Below are positions 27,951 through 38,050 of a stretch of 64,000 nucleotides of DNA, piece by piece. Under the pieces are notes generated by a model, which did not search any database, was not told the origin of the DNA, and saw only the letters and a program-made list of their open reading frames with translations. Both the position numbers and the translations under genes were made by a program. Within the stretch, counting starts at the first letter, position 1, and each line of letters begins with the position of its first letter. The DNA comes from Mycobacteriales bacterium (GTDB lineage Bacteria; Actinomycetota; Actinomycetes; JAFAQI01). Location of the stretch: positions 7,461 through 71,460 of the forward strand of contig DATJSI010000112.1 of assembly GCA_035504215.1 (NCBI GenBank), in the 5' to 3' direction.

Positions 27951-28361
27951 TCAGCCATTGGAAAGGACGAGCCCGAGAAACATCGCAGCGAGTGCGAAGA
28001 TCGCCGTCGCTGCTCCCCAGATGGCGAGCCCGGCGCGTGTCTTGGCGTGGATATGCAGGTACGCCGCGAGCCCGGACAGCGTGACGACGATGAGCTTGAC
28101 GATCAATGTGTTGCGAAAGTGGGCGTCGTGATCGACCTGCGCGTGGTCGGCAGCCACGTTCCAGATGCCGGTGAGGATGAGCACGGCGAAGGCCGGCCAG
28201 GCGATCCGGTTGAACTGTCGCGCAACCGCCTTCGGTACGTCGGCTCCGGCCTTGCGGGCGACTGGCACAAGGCCGGCGACGGTGATCTGCCCCCCGACCC
28301 AAACGGTCGCCGCGAGGACGTGCAGGAACAGGCGGAAGTCCTCGAGAGTGAACGTGAGCAT
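27951..28361 (-). CDS. Small 4-TM membrane protein (hypothetical)
   Basis: Four hydrophobic segments. No recognised family. Confidence 0.5.
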   Translation of the reverse strand: MLTFTLEDFRLFLHVLAATVWVGGQITVAGLVPVARKAGADVPKAVARQFNRIAWPAFAVLILTGIWNVAADHAQVDHDAHFRNTLIVKLIVVTLSGLAAYLHIHAKTRAGLAIWGAATAIFALAAMFLGLVLSNG

Positions 28362-28876
28362 GCGTCAGTCTTCCAGGGCGATCCTCTCCGGCGATGTCGC
28401 ACGGCACTCATTGCGATGTAGAACCAGCGAAGGCCTAAATACTGGGCGCGCACCGCCAACACGACCCCGCCGACACAGAGCAGCGCCGAGGCAACGCCTA
28501 GGGCAAGCCAGGTAGTCACGCTGTCACTCGTCAGAGTGTCGAGCGACAGATGAGTGCCCTGCAGGAGATCGTCCAGGCCGTTCTTTCCGGTCGCGCGGTG
28601 GTGCGCGTTGGGCATCTCGGCCATCCGCGAATCGTCCTGAGCGGCGTCGACTCCGATCGGTCTCGCTCTGCGGTTGAGGTCGGTGCGCGCCTCGAAGACC
28701 ACCGCGGCGGCGTGGTGCCGTTGAGGGCGTGGTACTGACCGAGCTGTTAGGGCCTTCCTTTGCTCACCGGTCCAGGCGACGCTGCTACGACGCAGGCTGG
28801 CGTCAGGGCTTGCAATGACAGCAGGCTCCGCCGGTCGCGCGCGTCTCGCGGGGGCTGTCAACGGGCCGCCGGCATG

Positions 28877-28912
28877 CTGTGGACAGCGGTGAACTGGTCC
28901 ACAGCTGTGGAT
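28877..28912. promoter_or_regulatory. Perfect 8-bp inverted repeat CTGTGGAC-N12-GTCCACAG followed by a third direct half-site (CTGTGGAT), immediately before an AT-rich promoter-like stretch
   Basis: Seen directly in the sequence. Candidate operator upstream of the DUF222-HNH gene. Confidence 0.5.
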
Positions 28913-28934
28913 AAGAAAAACTTGAGTTTCCATT

Positions 28935-30191
28935 GTGTACCAACGGTTCTTGGGCCGGAGAGTGTCACACCTGACCTCTACCGTTACTGGCATGTACACG
29001 CCGGGCCCGGAAGTCGAGCAGCTGCGCGTCGCGGTGACCGCGTTGCTCGACCGCGACCCGCATGTCCTGCCGGACGTTGAGCTGGTCAACTCCACCGAGC
29101 TGCTCATGCAGTTACGTCACCAGCTCGACGCGGTCCTCACCCGGCAGCTGCAGGTGATCGACGTTCGAGACGCGACCATCGAGGACTGCGGGCGAGCCAC
29201 CCGCGGCTGGCTGGTCGAGGAGCTCCTGCTCGCCCCAGCCGAGGCGAACCGGTACGTCAGTGTCGCCCGAGGCCTGCCGACCCATACGGCGGTTGCGGAC
29301 GGGCTCGCGCAGGGCCGGTTGACCCTCGAGCACGCCCGGGTGATCACCACAGCGGTGCAGAAAGCACCCGCCGAGCTTCGCGACGTGATCGAAAAGGAGC
29401 TCGTCACCGCATCCGAGGTCTGCGACCCGGCCCGGCTCGGCTCGTTCACCCGCGAGCTCATCGCCCGGCTGACCGACGAGGATGCGGAAGCCGCCGCCCA
29501 GCGCAAGTACGAGTCCCGGTGGGTCCGGATCAGCCAGACCTTCGACGGGATGCACGCGATCGACGGGATGCTCGACCCGGCCAGCGCCGCCACGCTGCAG
29601 GCCGCCCTCACGCCGTTGCTGTCCCGCAGCGGCCCGGACGACGAACGGACCGGCGCCCAACGCACCGCCGACGCGCTGGTCACGATCGCGCAGCACGCGC
29701 TCGCCGCCGGCGGGCTGCCCGAGACCGGCGGGGAGAAACCCCAGGTCATCGTCACGATCAGCTACGACCAGCTCAAGGCCGAGCTGGATGCGTACGCCGA
29801 TCGGCTCACCGCCGACCTGACCGGCCCGGTCACGATCAACGGCACCCCGATCACCCCGGCGACCGCCCGGATGATCGCCTGTGACGCGCAGATCATTCCG
29901 GCCGTGCTCGGCGGGAACAGAGAAGTGCTCGACCTCGGCCGCAAAACTCCGACCTGGAGCCCCGCCCAACGCCGCGCGCTCCGATTGGAGGACCAAGGCT
30001 GTCGATGGCCGCGCTGCCAAGCCGCGCTGTTCCGCTGCCGGATCCACCACCAGATCTTCTGGTCCCGCGGCGGATCCACAGACAAGCGCGACGGCATCCA
30101 CCTTTGCGAGCTGCACCACTGGGTCGTCCACCACACGCGATGGCGAATCCGCAAAGACCACCACAACAAGGTCCACATCTGGCGCGAGTGA
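28935..30191 (+). CDS. DUF222-domain HNH endonuclease (REP13E12-family-like, possibly mobile)
   Basis: DUF222 N-terminal region and a C-terminal HNH/zinc-finger region ('CRWPRC…HHQIFWSRGGSTDKRDGIHLCELHHWVVHH'). Low-GC AT-rich leader upstream. Confidence 0.8.
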   Translation: MYQRFLGRRVSHLTSTVTGMYTPGPEVEQLRVAVTALLDRDPHVLPDVELVNSTELLMQLRHQLDAVLTRQLQVIDVRDATIEDCGRATRGWLVEELLLAPAEANRYVSVARGLPTHTAVADGLAQGRLTLEHARVITTAVQKAPAELRDVIEKELVTASEVCDPARLGSFTRELIARLTDEDAEAAAQRKYESRWVRISQTFDGMHAIDGMLDPASAATLQAALTPLLSRSGPDDERTGAQRTADALVTIAQHALAAGGLPETGGEKPQVIVTISYDQLKAELDAYADRLTADLTGPVTINGTPITPATARMIACDAQIIPAVLGGNREVLDLGRKTPTWSPAQRRALRLEDQGCRWPRCQAALFRCRIHHQIFWSRGGSTDKRDGIHLCELHHWVVHHTRWRIRKDHHNKVHIWRE

Positions 30192-30336
30192 CGGCGCGCT
30201 GATACGAGGGACGCGGCCGATGTCGATGACCGGGTCGGCCAGGCACGGGCCAGTCGGGTGTGGCAGCCGGTCAGGTGTGGCAGCGCAGCCGGAACTCGGT
30301 CGACGAGCGCAAGCTGCGACCGGCGATTCGCAGCCG

Positions 30337-31569
30337 TCAGCCCGTGCTGCGGACAGCTGCTTCAGCGCGCATGGGCGCGCGGCCGAGGAGGTGCTTCACG
30401 ACCCGTTCCCAGGTCGCGCTCGGCAGCAGGGTGGGAAGCCGCTTGCCGTCTCGGTGTACGACGACGTTCGTGCATGCGCCTTCGCGCGCCACCCACTTGT
30501 GTTGCGTCGTACGGAAGGTCACCGCGGTCTGCGGGCCGCCGGCGACATTGCAGTGGACGGTGTCGAGCGGTTGGGTCCGCAAGCGGTCGAAGATCTTCGC
30601 GAGCCGGCTTGCCTGCTTCGCACCGAGCCGAACGGTGACCGGCTTGGCGCCATCAGTGGGGTCACTGCGGACGATCGTGGCGTGCTGCGCGGCTGCCGGG
30701 ACGAACTCGGTCGCCGGTCGCTTGTGATTGTCACTTCCCGGTCGGGGTCCGAGGTCGGCAGCGACATCGTTGGCAAAGGCGCCACTCGACCACAGTGCGG
30801 GCAGCTGGTGGCCGTTGCGCGTGACCTCGACCAGTCCGCAGAAGCCGAGCGTCGCGGTGATCCGAGCCTTGCCGACGGTGAAGCGGACCACTTCGCGCCG
30901 GCCGCTGTCCAACGGGCAAGCCATGATCTCGGACGGGGCCACCTGCAACGCATCAAAGTCCTGGGCGAGCAGGCGGGCGGCTGCACCGTGCACGGTGTTG
31001 ACGCGGATTCTGCGTCCGGATGGAGTCCGCACCCAGACGCGCGCGTGGCCTTGCGAAGTCGGCACGATTTCGGATGCGGGTCGCTTCGGCTGTGGTGCGG
31101 CCTGTGCGAACACGCCGATCGCAGCCTTGCCGTGTCCGTCGGGTGCGACAGCGATCACGAGCTCGGCATCGGCCAGACCGCTCGGCAAGGTGTTCGGCTC
31201 GTCGTCCGTGAACTTCAGGTCATCGCGCAGCTTGGGTCCGTGGACCGCACCGCTGCCGGCGTTGGTCAGGCCGGCGGGCACGGTGGCGGCGAGCTGCTTG
31301 TACGCCGTCTTCCATGACTCGTCGATCGTCCAGTACCGCTCGCGTTGAACGATCTGGGTGTAGAGCGGTTGCTCGGGCGCGTGCCGGAGAATCCGTACGG
31401 GCGCAGTCGAGGACTGTGCCGAGCCGGTGAGCACCGGTGCTTCGGCGAGCAGCGCGCGCACCTCCGCGAGCGCGGTCGGGTTCGCTGCGTGCGCGGATGC
31501 TGCGGATGCGGTGACGCCGGAGCCGACCGCCATGAGGGCGGCGGCACCGAGGGCGAGCGGGCGGATCAT
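30337..31569 (-). CDS. Secreted hypothetical protein with an internally duplicated Cys-containing domain (paralog A)
   Basis: Signal peptide. Two internal repeats ('FDALQVAPSEIMACPLD…VTRNGHQLPALWSS' and 'FDRLRTQPLDTVHCNVAGG…VHRDGKRLPTLLPS'). Confidence 0.6.
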   Translation of the reverse strand: MIRPLALGAAALMAVGSGVTASAASAHAANPTALAEVRALLAEAPVLTGSAQSSTAPVRILRHAPEQPLYTQIVQRERYWTIDESWKTAYKQLAATVPAGLTNAGSGAVHGPKLRDDLKFTDDEPNTLPSGLADAELVIAVAPDGHGKAAIGVFAQAAPQPKRPASEIVPTSQGHARVWVRTPSGRRIRVNTVHGAAARLLAQDFDALQVAPSEIMACPLDSGRREVVRFTVGKARITATLGFCGLVEVTRNGHQLPALWSSGAFANDVAADLGPRPGSDNHKRPATEFVPAAAQHATIVRSDPTDGAKPVTVRLGAKQASRLAKIFDRLRTQPLDTVHCNVAGGPQTAVTFRTTQHKWVAREGACTNVVVHRDGKRLPTLLPSATWERVVKHLLGRAPMRAEAAVRSTG

Positions 31570-31584
31570 CGAGTGGCTCCTTCG

Positions 31585-32544
31585 CTAGCGGGACGTGGTG
31601 GTCGATGAGCGCACCGCCGTAGGCGAAGCCGTGCGATTCGTCATGGGTTGAGGCAGGTTCGGTTCCGGGAACCGGTGGCCATAGGCGGCGCGCAGGTCGC
31701 GGCCGAACGCAGCGCTCTGGTCGAGAGTGGGCAGGTGATGACCGTTCAGCGTCACCTGCACGCCGATGCAGACACCGGCCGTCGCGACCCAGATCCGGTT
31801 CCCTGAGCGGAAGATCGCGGTCTGGGTGACGAGCGCGAGCGGGCAAGGAGTGACTTGGCCGGGTGGCTGGACGGTCAGCGAGTCGAAGTCGCGGACCAGA
31901 CGCGCAGCGGCAGCCCCGGTGAGTGTTTTGCGGCCCAGCACCGAACCATCCCCGTCGCCTCCGGTGTTGCGGCGGGTGATGACCGTCACGGTGTCGACCG
32001 AGAGCGGAACGTCCTCGACCGCCTGCCGCGACGGCTGCGGTACGACGGTCACGAACGCGCCGATCGCGGTCGCGTCCGGCCCGAGCGGCGCCACCGCAAC
32101 CGAAAGCTCGGCCGAGTTGACCGTCTTCGGCATCGTGCGTGGCCTGAAGTCGGCGGCCTGCTCGAAGTCATTGGGGCCCGGGCCGCCGGACGAGCCGCTG
32201 CCGGTCGCCGTGAGCGTGCGCGACTGATGGTGGTCGAGCCAGGCGTAGGTCGAACGCCAGGAACGGTCGATGCGCCACCAGCGCATCCTGATGATCCGGT
32301 CGGTTGATGAGACGCCGTCCGGTGGGCTCGACAGCAGATGGCTGGGCGCGTGTGCGGACGGGACCGCTCCGTCGGGAACCACGGCCAGGGCGAGTAGGGA
32401 GTCGGCGAGCCCACGGGGGGACGCCGACGCGGACCCGGACCCGCCGGAGCGGTTGCCGCTTACTGACGTCCCTGGTGATGCCGCGCAGCCGGCCGCCGCC
32501 AGCGCAACGGCCAACACCACCAGGCGTTTCGGCGTACCGGTCAC
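31585..32544 (-). CDS. Lipoprotein, paralog B of the upstream secreted protein (start set at the GTG at 32544)
   Basis: Lipobox 'LAAAGCAAS'. Shared motifs with paralog A ('W.TY…L', 'SAEL.VAVAP.G…IG.F…PQP', 'DFD.L.VQPP…PCPL', 'VTLNGHHLPTL'). The 5' part of the listed ORF overlaps the DUF2516 gene and was trimmed. Confidence 0.55.
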   Translation of the reverse strand: MTGTPKRLVVLAVALAAAGCAASPGTSVSGNRSGGSGSASASPRGLADSLLALAVVPDGAVPSAHAPSHLLSSPPDGVSSTDRIIRMRWWRIDRSWRSTYAWLDHHQSRTLTATGSGSSGGPGPNDFEQAADFRPRTMPKTVNSAELSVAVAPLGPDATAIGAFVTVVPQPSRQAVEDVPLSVDTVTVITRRNTGGDGDGSVLGRKTLTGAAAARLVRDFDSLTVQPPGQVTPCPLALVTQTAIFRSGNRIWVATAGVCIGVQVTLNGHHLPTLDQSAAFGRDLRAAYGHRFPEPNLPQPMTNRTASPTAVRSSTTTSR

Positions 32545-32595
32545 ACTGCTTGGACGGGCCGGTTGCGAGGCCGGTTCCCGCGTACCCTGGTGATC

Positions 32596-32904
32596 ATGTC
32601 CTCGGTGCTGCTCTTTCCGCTGCACGGCGCGTTCTTTCTCATCTATCTGGTCGTGCACGTCGTCGTGCTGGTCGCGCTGATCGACGCCGTGATCCGCCGC
32701 GACGCCGCCTATGTCGCCGCGGGGAAGCAGACCAAGATCTTCTGGGTGCTGATCCTGCTGGTCGGCTTCTTCATCTCGATCGTCGGCATCATCGCCGCGC
32801 TGATCTACTTCATCGACGTTCGGCCGGCGATCCGCGGCATGGGCGGCAGTCGACCGCCCTCGGGGTCGTCCTCGGACGGCCCGTACGGCCCCTACCGGCG
32901 CTGA
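32596..32904 (+). CDS. DUF2516-family small membrane protein
   Basis: 'FFLIYLVVHVVVLVALIDAVIRRDAAYVAAGKQTKIFW' pattern with two TM helices. Confidence 0.6.
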   Translation: MSSVLLFPLHGAFFLIYLVVHVVVLVALIDAVIRRDAAYVAAGKQTKIFWVLILLVGFFISIVGIIAALIYFIDVRPAIRGMGGSRPPSGSSSDGPYGPYRR

Positions 32905-32950
32905 TCGACGCCGGGCCTGCTGCGGCGGGTCCGGCCACTAATCTGCAGCG

Positions 32951-33670
32951 ATGACAACCCATCGCCTCGAGCTCGCCGACTCGACCCTGCGCGACTGGGA
33001 GGCGACCGTGCTCTCGGTCGGGGACGACGGGATCGTGCTCGACCGGTCGGCCTTCTACCCCGGCGGCGGCGGGCAGCCTCCCGACACCGGAGTTCTGCTG
33101 TGGGGTGGCGTGCAGACCCGGATCGTGGGCGCCCGCAAGGGACACGACGACGTCTACCTGATCCCGGCGGAGGGCGACCCGGTGCCGACGGCAGGCACCG
33201 CGGTCCGAGGCGCGCTCGACGATGAACGGCGCTCGGCGCTGATGCGTACGCACTCCGGGCTGCACCTGTTGTCCGGCGTCGTCTACCGCGACTTCGGTGC
33301 GCTGGTGACCGGCGGCAACATGGAGCCGCTCGAGGCGCGGATGGATTTCAACCTGCCCGAGGTCCCGGAAGGCTTCAGGGACGCGGTCGCGGCGGCGTGC
33401 GCCGCGGAGATCGCCGCGGACCGGCGGATCGACGTCAAGGTCCTGCCGCGGGACGAGGCGTTCGCGATCCCCGACATCATCCGGACCGCAACCAACCTGT
33501 TGCCGCCCGACCTCACCGAGGTCCGGATCGTCGACATCGTTGGTCTCGACACTCAGGCCGACGGCGGCACCCATGTCGCTTCGACCAAGCAGATCGGCGG
33601 GATGGAGATCGTCAAGATCGAGAACAAGGGCAAGGGCTTCCGTCGGCTGCGCGTGCGACTGCCGCAATGA
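32951..33670 (+). CDS. AlaX-like alanyl-tRNA editing protein (threonyl/alanyl-tRNA synthetase editing-domain homolog)
   Basis: 'HSGLHLL' (HxxxH) and 'DGGTHV' zinc-binding editing-domain motifs. Confidence 0.8.
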   Translation: MTTHRLELADSTLRDWEATVLSVGDDGIVLDRSAFYPGGGGQPPDTGVLLWGGVQTRIVGARKGHDDVYLIPAEGDPVPTAGTAVRGALDDERRSALMRTHSGLHLLSGVVYRDFGALVTGGNMEPLEARMDFNLPEVPEGFRDAVAAACAAEIAADRRIDVKVLPRDEAFAIPDIIRTATNLLPPDLTEVRIVDIVGLDTQADGGTHVASTKQIGGMEIVKIENKGKGFRRLRVRLPQ

Positions 33671-34812
33671 CGTTCGCGGTCCCGCGGTACGGCGAGGCGT
33701 CCCTCGCCGACGTGATGCCATCGGTGCTCGCTGCGCTCGAGGTCGGCACCGACAACCGGCTCGGCTTCGCGCCCGCGCAGCGGGTCGTCGTGATGCTCGT
33801 GGACGGCATGGGTCTGCTGGGCCTGCGCACCCACGCCGACGCTGCGCCGTACCTGTCGTCGATGAGCTGCCGTGAGCTCACTGCCGGCTTCCCGTCCACC
33901 ACGGTCACGTCGCTCGCGTCGTTGTCGACGGGCGTGCCGGCCGGCCAGCACGCACTGACCGGGTACTCGACGTACGTCGAAGAAGTCGCAGAGCCGGTCA
34001 ACTGGCTCACCTGGCGGCCGATCGGCTCGCGCGACGACCTTCGTGACCGGTTGGTGCCGGAGGTCGTGCAACCCGAGCCGACGATGTGGCAACGTGCCGA
34101 CGCGGCCGGCGTGTCGGTCACGATCGTCAGCTCGCGCGACTTCGAGGGCTCCGGGCTCACCCGCGCCGTCTTCCGCGGCGGTGCGTACCGCGGCGTGACG
34201 ACCGTCGGCGACGCGGTCGCGTCTGCCGCAGACGCCGCCGACCACGGCCACCGCTCGTTGGTCTACGCCTACACCCCGGAGCTCGACTTCATCGGGCACG
34301 TCCGCGGGCCGGACAGCGACGCGTGGACGGCGCAGCTGTCGATCGTGGACCGGCAGGTCGAGCTGCTGTCCGCGCGGCTGCCGAGCGGCACGATGCTGCT
34401 GGTCACGGCCGACCATGGCATGACCGCGTTGTCGCCGGAGGAAGTCGTCGACGCCGACGCGGAGGGGTCGCCGCTGCGCGACGGTGTCCTCGCGCTCGCC
34501 GGCGAGCCGCGCATGCGCCACGTTCATGCCCTGCCGGGCGCCGCGCGGGACGTGCGCGAGACCTGGCGTTCGGTGCTCGGCGAGCGGGCCTGGGTGCTCA
34601 GCCGCGACGAGGCGGTAGCCGCCGGGCTGTTCGGACCGGTCGTCACCCCGCTCGCCCTTGCGCGGATCGGCGACGTGCTCGCCATCGCCCGCGATGGGCT
34701 CGGCGTCGTGCAGCGGCGTCGCGAGTCCCTGGCGTCGTCCCTGATCGGTCATCACGGCGCGCTCACCGACCGGGAGCTGCTCGTTCCGCTGCTCTCGGTC
34801 CGGATCCCGTGA
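33667..34812 (+). CDS. Alkaline phosphatase / nucleotide pyrophosphatase superfamily protein
   Basis: 'VVMLVDGMG' metal-binding N-terminus. ATGA overlap with the AlaX stop. The listed ORF's 5' part overlaps alaX in another frame. Confidence 0.75.
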   Translation: MTFAVPRYGEASLADVMPSVLAALEVGTDNRLGFAPAQRVVVMLVDGMGLLGLRTHADAAPYLSSMSCRELTAGFPSTTVTSLASLSTGVPAGQHALTGYSTYVEEVAEPVNWLTWRPIGSRDDLRDRLVPEVVQPEPTMWQRADAAGVSVTIVSSRDFEGSGLTRAVFRGGAYRGVTTVGDAVASAADAADHGHRSLVYAYTPELDFIGHVRGPDSDAWTAQLSIVDRQVELLSARLPSGTMLLVTADHGMTALSPEEVVDADAEGSPLRDGVLALAGEPRMRHVHALPGAARDVRETWRSVLGERAWVLSRDEAVAAGLFGPVVTPLALARIGDVLAIARDGLGVVQRRRESLASSLIGHHGALTDRELLVPLLSVRIP

Positions 34813-34833
34813 CGGCGGCTTTGGGTCGAGCGG

Positions 34834-35562
34834 TTAGAAGTTGAGCGCAGCGGTCCAGGCCGCGAGCAACGTGGCGTCGCCGGCGACCTCGAGGGACTGC
34901 CAGGGCACTCGTGCATAAGCCGCGAGCAACAAGGCGCTCGACGTCCCGGACGCGGTGACATCTGCCGCCCGCGATCCATCGCTGCGGCGGATCCCGTCGG
35001 GCAGCAGATCGACCGACCACGGATCGTTGTCGGTCGCGACCAGGCGCACCGTGCCGGTCGGTCCGTCGACGTCGTCCCGCGCATAGACGCGGTTGGCGAT
35101 CACGTCGATGAGCTCGTCGATCCCGTCACCGGCCAGGTCTGCGTCGACCGGCTGCAGCACGCCGTGCGCGGACTGCGCATCGAAGCGGTGAACGGCCGAC
35201 TCGTGGGCCATGCGGCGGGCCCAGAACCTCGCGACCTTCGGCGAACCCTCGGACCAGTTCCACATCGGCGTGTCCGGATCGCAGTCGGCGAGCTCGGCGA
35301 CGAGGTCGTCGAGCAGAACGTTCAGTACGGCGACCGGTTCGCCGTCCGGCAACGGGATCCGCTCCGGCGACTCGGTCGCGCGGCTCGATACCAGGTTGGC
35401 AATCCGGTTGTAGATGCCGGCAACATGCCCGACCAGGTCACGCACGGCCCAGCCCTCGCAGGCCGGCACCGCGGCGTCGAGCCCCATCCCCGCCGCGGCG
35501 ACGAGGCCCTCGCCCTCCCGGCGTACCGCTGCCACGAGCTCGGTGTACGACGGCTCGGTCAT
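34834..35562 (-). CDS. Maleylpyruvate-isomerase-N-terminal-domain (DinB_2/TIGR03083) family protein, possibly mycothiol-dependent
   Basis: 'DLVGHV' HxxxE-like N-terminal motif of the MDMPI/DinB_2 family. Start set at the internal ATG (MTEPSYTEL). Confidence 0.65.
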   Translation of the reverse strand: MTEPSYTELVAAVRREGEGLVAAAGMGLDAAVPACEGWAVRDLVGHVAGIYNRIANLVSSRATESPERIPLPDGEPVAVLNVLLDDLVAELADCDPDTPMWNWSEGSPKVARFWARRMAHESAVHRFDAQSAHGVLQPVDADLAGDGIDELIDVIANRVYARDDVDGPTGTVRLVATDNDPWSVDLLPDGIRRSDGSRAADVTASGTSSALLLAAYARVPWQSLEVAGDATLLAAWTAALNF

Positions 35563-35993
35563 TCCTCGATTCCCGCCTTGAGGTCGAGGTCCTCCGGCGG
35601 GGTCGCGGGCGTGACCCAGTGCAGCCACTGCTTCTTCCAGACGTCGTGGTAGTGGTTCGCCCGGTCGATGAAGGCGTCGTATGCCCGCTCGAACTCCGCG
35701 TGGTCCCGGTTGCGCAGAGCCTCACGCACGGGAATGCAGTCCTCGTCGATGAACGCGGCCATGTCGGTCGCGTACTTGGGCCGGCTCGTGGCGCAGAGCT
35801 TGAGCTGCTTCACCGTCGAGTTGTAGAAGTACTCCGCCAGCTTCCAGTTGCCGGCCTGTGCGGCGTAGAACAGCCGGTGCACGCGCTGGCCGATCTCCGC
35901 CATCAACCGGTCCATGCCCGGCTGCATCATGGCGAGCTCTTCGATGGTCAGATCGCGCTTGCCGTTGTTGACGGTGTGAGTGTGCTCGTTCAA
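35559..35993 (-). CDS. Conserved hypothetical protein (144 aa), in an operon between an SDR gene and the MDMPI-like gene
   Basis: Good codon bias. 4-nt overlaps with both neighbours. No recognised family. Confidence 0.5.
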   Translation of the reverse strand: MNEHTHTVNNGKRDLTIEELAMMQPGMDRLMAEIGQRVHRLFYAAQAGNWKLAEYFYNSTVKQLKLCATSRPKYATDMAAFIDEDCIPVREALRNRDHAEFERAYDAFIDRANHYHDVWKKQWLHWVTPATPPEDLDLKAGIEE

Positions 35994-36736
35994 TGAACGT
36001 TCTCCCGGTGGACTTTGTGTGCTGCCGCCTGGGCTCTGGGCCGGACGACGAGCAGATCGATATTGACGTTCCAGGGACGGGTGGCCGCCCAGACGATGCA
36101 GTCGGCGACGTCGTCGGCGCTGAGTGGTCCGGGGACGCCCGAGTACACGGCGTCGGCCGCCGCCCGGTCGCCGCCCAGGCGGTTGAGTGAGAACTCCTCG
36201 GTTCGCACCATGCCCGGCGCGACCTCGACGACGCGAACCGGCTTGCCGCAGAGCTCGAGCCGCAGGGTCTCGCTGACCCCGCGTTCGGCGAACTTCGCCG
36301 CGATGTAGCCGCCGCCGTTCTCATAAGCGCCGTGTCCGGCCGTCGACGTCACCGTGACGATCACGCCGTCCCCGCTTGCTTCGAGCTTCGGCAGCAATGC
36401 GCGAGTCATCCGCATCGTCCCCATGACGTTGACCTGCCACATTTGCTGCCAATCGTCGTCGGTGGCGGCGGCGACCGGTGCGAGACCGAATGCGCCGCCC
36501 GCGTTGTTGACCAGCAGGTGGCAGGTGTCGATGGTCGCGGCGAGGGCCTGCACCGAGCTCTCATCGGTGACGTCGAGCGCAACCGGGCGGACACCTGACT
36601 CGCGCGCCAGCGCCTCGAGCCGGTCGACCCGACGGGCGGCGGCAACGACGTCGTACCCCTCCGCGGCGAGCCGGCGCGAGGTGGCCGCACCGATCCCGCT
36701 GCTTGCACCGGTGACGACGGCGGTTCTACGGCTCAC
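35990..36736 (-). CDS. SDR family oxidoreductase
   Basis: 'TGASSGIG' and 'YIAAK' motifs. Confidence 0.85.
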   Translation of the reverse strand: MSRRTAVVTGASSGIGAATSRRLAAEGYDVVAAARRVDRLEALARESGVRPVALDVTDESSVQALAATIDTCHLLVNNAGGAFGLAPVAAATDDDWQQMWQVNVMGTMRMTRALLPKLEASGDGVIVTVTSTAGHGAYENGGGYIAAKFAERGVSETLRLELCGKPVRVVEVAPGMVRTEEFSLNRLGGDRAAADAVYSGVPGPLSADDVADCIVWAATRPWNVNIDLLVVRPRAQAAAHKVHRENVH

Positions 36737-36817
36737 GGGACGAGACTACGGAGTGAACGATCAGTGACCGTACGGCGGGGATTTCGGTGTCGTCGCCGGA
36801 TCGGGCAGGATGGAAGC

Positions 36818-38050
36818 ATGGCGCTGCCGCGGCGGGTCGCGATGCTGTCGGTGCACACGTCGCCGCTCGACCAGCCCGGATGCGGTGACGCCGGCGGCCT
36901 GAACGTCTATGTCACCGAAGTGGCTCGCCGGCTTGCGGATCGCGACATCTCGATGGACATCTTCACGCGCTCGACGAGCAGCGACCTGCCGCCGGTCGTC
37001 GAGATGGTGCCGGGCGTCACCGTGCGGCACATCACCGCCGGTCCGTACGAGGGCCTGGACAAGAACGACCTTCCCGCTCAGCTCTGCGCGTTCACCAGCG
37101 GCGTGATGCGTGAAGAGGCGCTGCACGAACCCGGTTGGTACGACGTCATCCACTCGCACTACTGGCTGTCCGGGCAGGTCGGCTGGCTGGCCAAGGAGCG
37201 CTGGGGGGTCCCGCTCGTGCACTCGATGCACACGATGGCGAAGGTCAAGAACGCCTCGCTCGCCGAGGGTGATGATCCGGAGCCGGCACTGCGTGCGATC
37301 GGCGAGCTGCAGGTCGTCGCGGCGGCCGATCGGTTGCTCGCATCGACCGCCGAGGAGGCCGATCAGCTGGTCGAGCTCTACAACGCCGACCCGGCCCGCG
37401 TGGTCACGGTCGCTCCGGGCGTCGACCTTCGGGTCTTCACGCCGGGGGATCGCTACGACGCGCGGGCCCGGCTGGGCCTGCCGCTCGGCGCGGTCGTCCT
37501 GTTGTTCGTCGGCCGGATCCAGCCTTTGAAAGCGCCGGACGTGGTGCTGCGCGCCGCCGCCGAGCTGCTCGCGGTCGACCCGGACCTGCGGGATCGGCTG
37601 GTCGTTGCCGTCGTCGGCGGCCCGTCCGGCAGCGGGCTCACCGCGCCGGAGCACTTGAGCAAGCTCGCCGGAGCGCTCGGCATCGCGGACCTGGTCCGGT
37701 TCGAGCGACCGGTGCCACAGACCGTGCTCGCCGACTACTACCGCGCGGCGGACGTGACCGTCGTGCCGTCCTACACCGAGTCCTTCGGCTTGGTGGCGGT
37801 TGAGTCGCAGGCCTGCGGCACCCCGGTCGTCGCTGCGAAAGTCGGTGGGCTGCGGACCGCCGTCGCCGACGGCCTGTCCGGCGAGCTGATCGACGGCCAC
37901 AATCCGGCGGACTACGCGCGAGCGGTCGGCCGGCTGGTCCGGGAGCACGGCTACCGGTCGGTGCTGTCCGAAGGCGCGGTCGAGCATGCCGCGCGGTTCG
38001 GCTGGTCGGCGACCGTCGACCAGGTGCTCGGGGTCTACTCCGCCTTATGA
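36818..38050 (+). CDS. mshA: D-inositol-3-phosphate glycosyltransferase (mycothiol biosynthesis)
   Basis: GT4 fold with the MshA-typical N-terminus '[23 protein letters not shown]'. Start moved to the internal ATG. Confidence 0.9.
   Translation: MALPRRVAMLSVHTSPLDQPGCGDAGGLNVYVTEVARRLADRDISMDIFTRSTSSDLPPVVEMVPGVTVRHITAGPYEGLDKNDLPAQLCAFTSGVMREEALHEPGWYDVIHSHYWLSGQVGWLAKERWGVPLVHSMHTMAKVKNASLAEGDDPEPALRAIGELQVVAAADRLLASTAEEADQLVELYNADPARVVTVAPGVDLRVFTPGDRYDARARLGLPLGAVVLLFVGRIQPLKAPDVVLRAAAELLAVDPDLRDRLVVAVVGGPSGSGLTAPEHLSKLAGALGIADLVRFERPVPQTVLADYYRAADVTVVPSYTESFGLVAVESQACGTPVVAAKVGGLRTAVADGLSGELIDGHNPADYARAVGRLVREHGYRSVLSEGAVEHAARFGWSATVDQVLGVYSAL

Noticed and set aside
28103-29107. 334-aa minus-strand ORF, and small ORFs in 28380–28740 (including a possible 2-TM peptide 'VTTWLALGVASALLCVGGVVLAVRAQYLGLRWFYIAMSAV')
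   Set aside because: The long ORF is antisense to the DUF222-HNH gene and compositionally implausible. The small ORFs cannot be supported without homology and both strands are open here, so this is left as an unannotated 570-bp gap.
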